DNA of 32,000 nucleotides from Staphylothermus marinus F1. GTDB taxonomy: Archaea > Thermoproteota > Thermoprotei_A > Sulfolobales > Desulfurococcaceae. Both the position numbers and the translations under genes were made by a program. The stretch is taken from assembly GCF_000015945.1 (NCBI RefSeq), contig NC_009033.1, forward strand, positions 690,001 to 722,000, given 5' to 3'. Every line of letters starts with the position of its first letter. The stretch's first letter is position 1. The notes beneath the pieces were generated by a model. That model was not told the DNA's origin and did not search any database. It was given only the letters and a program-made list of their open reading frames with translations. Of this stretch, positions 25,549 through 32,000 are shown in pieces.

Positions 25549-26735
25549 ATCCAAATTCTTCTTTTTTCAATTACTTCGCCGAAGAAAAACTTCATTTCTT
25601 CATCATTCATCAATGGATCATAATCTCCCGCAGTTTGTATTCTCGGCTCTACCCTTATTCTCTGCCCTTCTAATAATGCAGTTATTGCTTGGAGCTTGGA
25701 AATTATCCATGAGGTTTCCTCTAATAATTTCTTATTATTTATATTATTTATTTCATTTAGCATCTTCTTTAAGCGGGCAACATCGTTTTTACTTGGTACA
25801 TAGTCTCCTAATGGGTTGAAAGGTGACGCCTTATTTAATTCTATAAATAAACGCATTGTTTCATAGTATTCTTCTGGGTATAGGTGTTTGATTGCATTAG
25901 TAATTGATTCTTCAGGATCATAGTTTTGTTTTCTCCTATACATTTCAGCTAATGTATATAATGGGATTTTGGAGGCTTCAGCTTCTATCATTGGGTTAGC
26001 AACGTATCCTGATACATAGTTCCATATTTCTGGTTCTCTATTAGTGAAGGGGCCTAAGTGTAGTCTTGCAATACCTTTTAATAAGAAATAATCATTTACT
26101 GGGTAATTGTCCCAAATAAATGGTTTCCTCCCAGTGATCTCATGGAATCTCTTAACATCTTCTAATCTTATTTTTCTAGATACTATTGCTGGACCGGTCC
26201 ACATTATATATACGTTGTTCTCAAGCAGTGATCTGAGTTCTCTAAGATAGTCTTCTCTGAACCCCCAATAATATGTGGGGCAGAAAAACATGTTTTTAGG
26301 AGATAATTCATGGATAACATAGTTTACTAGATCAGCTTGTGCTTCGCCCAGTGTTTTATAGCCTTTGCCTCTAAGAACTGGAGGAATATCATCTAGGAAA
26401 ATAGCTATGTTGGTGAAACCTATCTCCATTAATCCCTCGAGTTTTAATATGATTTGTCTACGATCGTTTTTGTCCGAGTAATTAATTGTAAGACCTGGTG
26501 ATAATGCATATACTATTTCAACCCCCTTCCTATTACCAGCATCAATTAACTCCGTGAACATGTCTGTGTAGCTTCTAGGATAAGGTGTTCTCCAACGAGA
26601 TCGATGATAAGGATCCCATTTTGGACCATAAATATATATGTTCAATCCTATTTGTTGCATAAACTCGATCATTAATAACCTATCTATTTTATCCCATAAT
26701 GGACCATAGAAGCCTTCAACTACTCCAACATACAT
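25545..26735 (-). CDS. Glycoside hydrolase family 84 beta-N-acetylglucosaminidase (O-GlcNAcase/NagJ-like catalytic domain)
   Basis: 396-aa ORF with GVVEGFYGPLW, IYIYGPKWDPYHR, YALSPGL, the catalytic Asp pair in IAIFLDDI, FCPTYY, MWTGPAIVS, FIWDNYPVNDY and ANPMIEAE. These are collinear with the conserved blocks of human OGA and bacterial GH84 enzymes. Confidence 0.85.
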   Translation of the reverse strand: MYVGVVEGFYGPLWDKIDRLLMIEFMQQIGLNIYIYGPKWDPYHRSRWRTPYPRSYTDMFTELIDAGNRKGVEIVYALSPGLTINYSDKNDRRQIILKLEGLMEIGFTNIAIFLDDIPPVLRGKGYKTLGEAQADLVNYVIHELSPKNMFFCPTYYWGFREDYLRELRSLLENNVYIMWTGPAIVSRKIRLEDVKRFHEITGRKPFIWDNYPVNDYFLLKGIARLHLGPFTNREPEIWNYVSGYVANPMIEAEASKIPLYTLAEMYRRKQNYDPEESITNAIKHLYPEEYYETMRLFIELNKASPFNPLGDYVPSKNDVARLKKMLNEINNINNKKLLEETSWIISKLQAITALLEGQRIRVEPRIQTAGDYDPLMNDEEMKFFFGEVIEKRRIWI

Positions 26736-26743
26736 GTTATCGC

Positions 26744-27562
26744 CTAAATATACTCGGTAAAGGGTACAGCATGTAATAGTATTGTCGGAACAAGCTTGAC
26801 TGCGTCAGCGTATTCAACATTTATTTTTCTCCCATAGATTGCTCCTAATATACGTATGAGGGCTTCAATAAGCATCCATGATTCTTTAAATTGTGATTCA
26901 TGTTTCCTTAATGCTTCCAGTTTTTTCTCAATAACATCTGTTATATCTATATACATGTTTGGTCTCGAAGTATAATAGTAGGCTATATATCTTATGCTAT
27001 GTGGAGATAAACCCGTCTCTAAGTCTACACGATTATATAGGGGCATCCCCGAGAATATTGCGGCTGTTGATGCTGCTCTCCCAGTATTTAAATGATCAGG
27101 ATGGGCTTCATAGGGTAGAGAAGGATCAGGAGCTAACACTATATCTGGTTTGAGAAGCCTATATAGTGTTACAAGCTTGTTTATTACCTCATAACTATAT
27201 GGTAGTTCTCCATCAGGATAATTTAGCCAATAAATATTCTTAACGCCTAAGACCTTAGCAGCTTCTTCCTGCTCTCTTTTCCTAATTAATGCTACCCTAC
27301 CCCTCGTCATTCTTGGATCACGTGTTCCTCTGGAACCATCAGTCATTACTACTAAGTATACATCCTTGCCTTTTCCAGCATATTTAGCGATTAACCCACC
27401 CACTCCTACTTCGCAATCATCTGGATGTGGTGAAATACATAGTATTTTACGAGCATTATCGAATGCTTGATCAAAGTCCTTTGCAATATATTGCTTCACA
27501 ATAGTCCTGTATACTTCTTGTTCCGGTAATTGCTTTATTAGCTGGAGAATTTCAGACATCAC
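26744..27562 (-). CDS. PIG-L/LmbE-family N-acetylglucosaminyl deacetylase
   Basis: 272-aa ORF with the zinc-binding signatures ISPHPDDCEVGVGG and HPDH typical of the PIG-L family. The family includes the diacetylchitobiose deacetylases of Thermococcales. Confidence 0.85.
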   Translation of the reverse strand: MMSEILQLIKQLPEQEVYRTIVKQYIAKDFDQAFDNARKILCISPHPDDCEVGVGGLIAKYAGKGKDVYLVVMTDGSRGTRDPRMTRGRVALIRKREQEEAAKVLGVKNIYWLNYPDGELPYSYEVINKLVTLYRLLKPDIVLAPDPSLPYEAHPDHLNTGRAASTAAIFSGMPLYNRVDLETGLSPHSIRYIAYYYTSRPNMYIDITDVIEKKLEALRKHESQFKESWMLIEALIRILGAIYGRKINVEYADAVKLVPTILLHAVPFTEYI

Positions 27563-27587
27563 ATTAATTCACCTATACACTATACAA

Positions 27588-28877
27588 TTATTTTTCTATG
27601 GGGTACTTAGTAAATATTAGTGCTGCAGGTATTAGTAGTAGTGCTCCAACAACATATACGAGGCGAATGCCTAGATCATTGCCTGGAGCATAACCGAATA
27701 CTCCTAGTAGAAACGATACTGTTACACCAGCTATTCCAGCCATTGTCTTAGTTATTAGTCCTTGTGTTCCAAAATAAATTGCTTCTCTACGATAACCAGT
27801 TATTTGTTCATCAACATCGGTTATGTCAGCGATGATTGCGTTTGGAAGCATTAGTAGTGGAGTAACAAATGCTCCTGCTATAACGCCTGTTATTAGCAAG
27901 TATATTTGGGGATCAATTGGTACATAGCCTATGAAGGCAATCATTAGTGTTGGTATGAGAAATAATAGCATACCTAACAAGTATACTTTCTTCTTACCAA
28001 TTGTTGATGCTAAATGTTTGTATATTGGTAGTGTTATTATTGAAACAATTATGAGTGGTAGATAGAATAGTGAAACATGTTCTTTTTCTAACCCAGCTGA
28101 AACAGTTACGGCATATGATAATGCCGTTTGCAACATTGTTGTTGAGAGTACTAGTAGTGCTGTTGGTACGAGGTATAGGAGAAATGTTTTATTAGTAGCT
28201 GTTATTTTTACTGCTTCCCACAAATTCATCTTAGTAGCTATTTTTTCAACAGACCTTATTCTCTCCTTAACACCTAGAACAATTGAAAACATAGCTGTTA
28301 TTCCTATCAGTGTAAGAACAATTGCAGTATTGAGGAAACCAAGTATTCCTAGGAGGATAGGTACTATTACACCACTAATAATTAGTGATACTTGGCTGAA
28401 GAATGCTTGGAAAGTTGATAATTTCACTCTATCCTCCTTAGTAGTAGCTATTTCAGGTAATAATGCGAGATATGGCGCAATAGCCGCTGTAAAGCCAAAC
28501 CAGAACACGCCGAGAAGTATAGCTGCATATAATACGTTTATTATAGATACCCCGTGAACAATCGGTATCCATATAAGGATCTGGCTAAGAGCCATCAATA
28601 TGAAGCCCATAACAATAAAGGGTTTACGCCTCCCCCACTTTGAAATTGTTTTATCGCTCCAATAGCCAATCAATGGATCAGAGACTGCATCTACAATTCT
28701 ACCAAACAATATAACGGCGCCCATAGCAATGATCGGTGCTAAAGGCATTAATCCACTATTCTCTGGAGGAGAATAATAGTATAGTAACCACTGAACAATA
28801 AGTGCCGAACCAACACCCATAAGATTACCATAACCATAAAGCAGAGCTTTAAGAGAAGAAATCCTCTCCTCAGACAA
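27588..28877 (-). CDS. Glycoside-pentoside-hexuronide (GPH):cation symporter family transporter (MelB-like MFS)
   Basis: 429-aa polytopic ORF with the GPH loop motif DPLIGYWSDKTISKWGRRKPFIV (D-x-x-G-x-x-S-D-x-t-x-x-x-G-R-R-x-P). Confidence 0.8.
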   Translation of the reverse strand: MSEERISSLKALLYGYGNLMGVGSALIVQWLLYYYSPPENSGLMPLAPIIAMGAVILFGRIVDAVSDPLIGYWSDKTISKWGRRKPFIVMGFILMALSQILIWIPIVHGVSIINVLYAAILLGVFWFGFTAAIAPYLALLPEIATTKEDRVKLSTFQAFFSQVSLIISGVIVPILLGILGFLNTAIVLTLIGITAMFSIVLGVKERIRSVEKIATKMNLWEAVKITATNKTFLLYLVPTALLVLSTTMLQTALSYAVTVSAGLEKEHVSLFYLPLIIVSIITLPIYKHLASTIGKKKVYLLGMLLFLIPTLMIAFIGYVPIDPQIYLLITGVIAGAFVTPLLMLPNAIIADITDVDEQITGYRREAIYFGTQGLITKTMAGIAGVTVSFLLGVFGYAPGNDLGIRLVYVVGALLLIPAALIFTKYPIEK

Positions 28878-29034
28878 CTAAACCCCCCAACAGTCCCACA
28901 AAAGTTAAATAAATATAAAAAATAAAATTAAAATATTGCCATAAAACCCCACAGCCTCACCAAGTATTCTCCGCAAGAATTCAACGTAAAAATATAATAT
29001 CCTGGGAAAAATAGAACATAAAAGACATAAAGTT

Positions 29035-29112
29035 GGGCCCGTGGTCTAGCCTGGTTAGGACGCCGCCCTCACACGGCGGAGGTCCGGGGTTCAAATCCCC
29101 GCGGGCCCACCA
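29035..29112 (+). tRNA. tRNA-Val(CAC): tRNA-Val (anticodon CAC), intron-less, with encoded 3' CCA
   Basis: Manual cloverleaf: acceptor GGGCCCG/CGGGCCC, D arm GTCT-AGCCTGGTTA-GGAC, anticodon stem CCGCC/GGCGG with loop CT-CAC-AC, variable loop AGGTC, T arm CGGGG-TTCAAAT-CCCCG, discriminator A, then CCA. Confidence 0.92.
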
Positions 29113-29388
29113 TGCAATCCTACATTAACAAACCATATGTTAGCATAACCTAGTTTTCCTCCTTTAGAATTAGATCTATATTTTATTTAAGAAAAGAAGC
29201 TTGTAATAATGATTCTTGCCTTAATACACTGAATACACTGTAGAGGTTTAATAAAAATGATTAAGAAAAGCTACTATATGAATGTATTGCTAAAAACTAT
29301 TTTTCTTTTGCTCTCCTAGCCTATATGGTTTCTAGTATGATTAATATTGATCTCATCTTGTATTGATGTTATTCTTTCTATTTATACA

Positions 29389-30372
29389 CTAATACGTTCC
29401 TGGTTGTATTTGTATTACTAGTTCTACTGCTCCATTGTCTTCTATTACTATTGTTAGTAGTCCCATGAACATTGCGGGTGCGCCGTTTATGGTTGTATTA
29501 TAGTATCCTGCAATGTGTATTTCACCGCCTGATGATACTAGTGTGGTTGTTACCCATCCATTATTTGCTAATGTTGTGTTTAATTCTTGTAAATAGTTAG
29601 ATGCTTCCTGCGGATTATAGTTTTGTATATGGAATGATGCCGCATATTGTTGGTTAACTACTCCCTGGAAATAGCATTGTAGATTTGATTCTCCGAAAAC
29701 TGTGGCTGCTGCTTGATACATAGACTGATACGCTGCTTGATACTGTGTGGGCGGATTAGGTATGCATCCGGGGGCTTGTGTGGTTGTCGTAGTACCTGTT
29801 ACACTTTGAGTGGTTGTTGTAGTTGTTGTAGTTGTTTCTGATGGTATCTGTGTCGAGGAAGATACTTTTCTACCGCTCCACTGTCCATTATCCATATTAT
29901 TTGTGAAATGCCATGTTCCAGATGCTTGTGTACCATCACCTGATACTGTACCGCTAAATACTACGGCTGCCATACCGCCATAGTTTCCTACAGTACCAAC
30001 AGTTATTTGGTTACCATCAACTGTTACCTCGATATTTATCCATCCACCGGTAGGGTATACATCTGATGTTTTTAAAACACCAGCATACTTGTTAGAGCTT
30101 ACTCGGTGAATAATCCATGTCCAATGACCAGTACTACTCGGACCCTGCCATGCATGAGCAGTAAATGTGCCTTCCCATGTACCAGATAGGTCCGCGCCAG
30201 AGTATCCACTGGTTGTAGTAGTTGTCTGTGTTGATTGTTTTGTTGTAGTTGTTGTTTCACTTAGTGTACTAGTTGTGCCAATGTTTATTGAGGAGGCGTT
30301 ATAGTATATTATAGCTGCTCCAACGCCCACTAGGAGAGCAACTACTACTCCTACAATTAATAATGTATTCAA
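29389..30372 (-). CDS. Membrane-anchored or secreted protein of unknown function with two Thr-rich linkers
   Basis: 327-aa ORF with a TTG start, preceded by GGAGG 7 nt upstream. It has an N-terminal TM/signal helix LLIVGVVVALLVGVGAAII and the linkers TTTTTKQSTQTTTTT and TTTTTTTTTQSVTGTTTTT. The central roughly 120-aa domain has a repeated SGTW motif. I recognise no family. Confidence 0.6.
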   Translation of the reverse strand: MNTLLIVGVVVALLVGVGAAIIYYNASSINIGTTSTLSETTTTTKQSTQTTTTTSGYSGADLSGTWEGTFTAHAWQGPSSTGHWTWIIHRVSSNKYAGVLKTSDVYPTGGWINIEVTVDGNQITVGTVGNYGGMAAVVFSGTVSGDGTQASGTWHFTNNMDNGQWSGRKVSSSTQIPSETTTTTTTTTQSVTGTTTTTQAPGCIPNPPTQYQAAYQSMYQAAATVFGESNLQCYFQGVVNQQYAASFHIQNYNPQEASNYLQELNTTLANNGWVTTTLVSSGGEIHIAGYYNTTINGAPAMFMGLLTIVIEDNGAVELVIQIQPGTY

Positions 30373-30629
30373 ACACTTTCCTCCGGCCGATAATGTATGT
30401 ATTGACCTAAACGCTGTTATCCTTATAGAGGTTTATAAGGGTTTTACAACATCGTTACTTTCATTAAAAACCCATCTACACCGATGAAACCATAAAATGG
30501 GTAGAGACAATATAAATAAGCTAAGCCCCTCAGAAAAATAGCATAAAAAGTCACGATAAACAAGATAGTGCTTCCACTATATAGGCCAGATAGTAAAGCA
30601 TATATTTCTAGAAAGCAAAGTTTTTCAAT

Positions 30630-30695
30630 GTCCCCCGCTCCCCGGCAACAGAGCCGTATAGGCTTAGGATGAGCCGTGGGGTTCCCGGCCTTCAA
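30630..30695. ncRNA. GC-rich structured island, unclassified ncRNA candidate
   Basis: By hand count, 41 of 60 bases are G or C in 30631-30690, against an AT-rich background. The nested pairing CCCCGG (30640-45) with CC..GGGG (30674-81) encloses the hairpin AGCC-gtata-GGCT (30652-64). The strand is undetermined, and I see no tRNA, SRP or RNase P signature. Confidence 0.25.
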
Positions 30696-30758
30696 AACAC
30701 TTCAATTTGACTGTTACTGGGATAAGGAATATAATGGATACTATATTCTTCATATTTA

Positions 30759-30829
30759 TTGAGTGATGAATCCTCCTCTCACATAGACCGCGTAGTAGCG
30801 GAGTGAAGATCCTCACGGTAACTGATCAT
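30759..30829 (+). ncRNA. Candidate C/D box sRNA (atypical internal region)
   Basis: C box GTGATGA at 30763-69, C'-like GTGAAGA at 30803-09, an exact 12-nt spacer, then D box CTGA at 30822-25. The flanking TGA/TCA can form a 3-bp terminal stem. D' is weak (cata/taga), and the D'-C' interval holds a CCGC-gtagta-GCGG hairpin. The D-guide also pairs with 30833-45, so an alternative fold exists. Confidence 0.3.
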
Positions 30830-30978
30830 TGCTTACCGATGAGGAGCCTATACCCCTCAATGATAGATGATTAATGCACCGGTTGCCGAGGGAGGAATAT
30901 ATAATATATTTATTTAAACCTTTTAATCATAAGGTATTCAAAGACTAGTAAGAACATAGATGCGGTGATGAGAAGGAG

Positions 30979-31476
30979 TTGAAGTATCCCCTAGATAAGA
31001 TATGTGTTAAAAGCGGCATACTCTGTCCTAACTGCCAGAGAAAAGTAGATACTGGAATCGTGGGTAAATACGAAATCTCAATTATGAAGGCAATGATGGA
31101 ACTTGAAGATGAAATGAAAGAATTACGTAGAGGAGAATATATTAAAGCATATGAAGTAAATGGCTTGGTTATAGTGATAGTAAAAGATCACTGGGAAAAA
31201 GAAGAAATCGAGAAGATCTCGAAATCATTATCGGCTAAGTTACGTAGAAAAGCAAAAGTAGTAGTTGATACAGGAGATAAGAAGCTATTAGTTGAACAAA
31301 TACTTTATCCAGCCACACTATTGGGCTTAAACACTCTATGGCTCCCTGATGGAAGCGAGCAAATGATAATTAGAATCTCTAGGAGAGACCATAGATTCAT
31401 TGGGGGACGAAAACACGCATATGAATCACTACTATCAAAGCTGTTGGGTAGAAAAGTTAGGATCAGGTTTGAGTAA
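30979..31476 (+). CDS. RNA-binding protein with an N-terminal zinc ribbon and a C-terminal NusA-like KH domain
   Basis: 165-aa ORF with a TTG start after AAGGAG. CPNCQ lies near the N-terminus. The C-terminal LYPATLLGLNTLWLPDGSEQMIIRISRRDHRFIGGRKHAYESLLSKLLGRKVRI follows the NusA-type KH pattern (sPA.v..v.....g....V.V......aIG..G.n...l..l.g..i.i). Confidence 0.5.
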   Translation: MKYPLDKICVKSGILCPNCQRKVDTGIVGKYEISIMKAMMELEDEMKELRRGEYIKAYEVNGLVIVIVKDHWEKEEIEKISKSLSAKLRRKAKVVVDTGDKKLLVEQILYPATLLGLNTLWLPDGSEQMIIRISRRDHRFIGGRKHAYESLLSKLLGRKVRIRFE

Positions 31477-32000
31477 ATAATAAATTATCTTTAAACAGCT
31501 CCCGCATAATAATTGAAGCATACATTCCAGACTCCAGTAAAAAAGATATTTTTAAAGCATCACCAATTAGAACAAGACTAATATTGCTAGGTCTAAATAT
31601 TCCCCTTCTATACCAGCAACCCATACGTTTCATAACATTTTGATCCAAACTTTCAACACTAAATATGTCCTTATAAAAATTTATTCCATCAAAACAACCA
31701 GGCAAAGGCAATACTTTATCCAGACCAATCCAGCCCTTCTCCTCTATTATCTTATTTAACAAAAGATTATAGAGATAAGCAGCATAAGCATCAACGAGTA
31801 TGTTTCTAATCATCCGGTTAACCTTGTTTACTGCTTTGAAAATATCCTCAGTATCAACAAGTATTTTCTCATACAATAACTTCTCAAATCCGAGAAATAT
31901 TCTGTTATATATTGATTCATTGCTTTCACTAGGATATATACCTTTTAGAAACTCTCTTATAAAGAGATCGATCCTGTCGATGAGAAGGTATTTTCCTAAT
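31463..32000 (-). CDS. truD: tRNA pseudouridine synthase TruD/Pus7 family, C-terminal part (gene continues beyond the window end)
   Basis: I translated the frame manually and it stays open upstream of the listed 137-aa ORF through position 32000 (…LGKYLLIDRIDLFIREFLKGIYPSESNESIYNRIFLGFEKLLYEKILVD…). The C-terminal WYRRGIFRPSN...ISFLLESGMYASIIMRELFK matches the TruD motif RR...P.....F.L..GsYAT..lRE. Confidence 0.65.
   Translation of the reverse strand, partial: LGKYLLIDRIDLFIREFLKGIYPSESNESIYNRIFLGFEKLLYEKILVDTEDIFKAVNKVNRMIRNILVDAYAAYLYNLLLNKIIEEKGWIGLDKVLPLPGCFDGINFYKDIFSVESLDQNVMKRMGCWYRRGIFRPSNISLVLIGDALKISFLLESGMYASIIMRELFKDNLLFTQT

Noticed and set aside
29223-29240. A tandem 2 x 9-nt direct repeat, AATACACTG-AATACACTG, downstream of tRNA-Val, considered as a possible att-site remnant
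   Set aside because: It is too short to be meaningful. I saw no copy of either tRNA's 3' end elsewhere in the window and no integrase or other mobile-element gene, so integration at the tRNA genes is unsupported.
30407-30419. TAAAC-GCT-GTTAT upstream of the Thr-rich protein gene, a near-match to the ATAAC-N3-GTTAT box
   Set aside because: The left arm has two mismatches, which destroys the inverted symmetry, and the gene has no functional link to the sulfur block.
30444-30695. An 83-aa minus-strand ORF (TTG start) in the long intergenic region
   Set aside because: Its first roughly 25 codons are encoded by the GC-rich structured island, which is better explained as RNA. It has no Shine-Dalgarno-like sequence or recognisable motif. 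A small membrane protein cannot be excluded, but I cannot support it.
30630-30900. Tested whether the GC-rich islands are SRP (7S) RNA, RNase P RNA or a disrupted tRNA
   Set aside because: I found no GGAAAGUCC-type P4 sequence. An ACAGA...GGCUUA resemblance at 30648-30666 lacks a matching 5' partner at a plausible distance. There is no helix-8 GGAA/AGCA motif and no GTTCRAATC T-loop. The islands are therefore left unclassified.

Overview
This is a gene-dense, AT-rich archaeal chromosomal segment. It resembles a hyperthermophilic crenarchaeon of the Desulfurococcales or Sulfolobales type. The evidence is a tRNA-His with a canonical 37/38 intron, ribosomal protein L40e, an archaeal TruD/Pus7, Thr-rich linkers on exported proteins, and GC-rich RNA islands in an AT-rich background. 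I support about 33 protein genes, 2 tRNAs, 2 apparently frameshifted genes and 2 low-confidence ncRNA candidates. I see no rRNA, CRISPR array, integrase or transposase.

Functional blocks, in order:
- 0.5-3.5 kb: a sulfur-mobilisation block with a cysteine-synthase-like enzyme, a Cys-rich HTH regulator and SufS plus a TusA-like protein. Each of its three promoters carries the same 13-bp palindromic box.
- 3.7-8 kb: tRNA-His, pyroglutamyl peptidase, a glycerophosphodiesterase, L40e (missed by the ORF track) and a split Na+/solute symporter with a small DUF3311-like partner.
- 8.3-16.1 kb: a radical SAM enzyme of the AmmeMemoRadiSam type, a BMP-family nucleoside-type ABC transporter, a Zn-dependent dehydrogenase and a nucleoside phosphorylase.
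- 16.3-20.3 kb: an MFS transporter, an M20 peptidase, an EamA transporter and a divergent GDPD paralog.
- 20.4-23.1 kb: a small Cys-containing protein, two MinD-like P-loop ATPases with inserted 2x[4Fe-4S] ferredoxin domains (the first broken in its Walker A poly-G run) and a NifX/NifB-like protein.
- 23.2-28.9 kb: a glycoside locus with GH4, GNAT, a GH84 O-GlcNAcase-like enzyme, a PIG-L deacetylase and a GPH symporter.
- 29-32 kb: tRNA-Val, a Thr-rich surface protein, a 600-bp intergenic region with GC-rich structured islands, a Zn-ribbon/KH protein and a partial TruD.

The best candidates for undescribed biology are the shared-operator sulfur regulon, the MinD-ferredoxin/NifX-like module and the archaeal GH84-centred locus.
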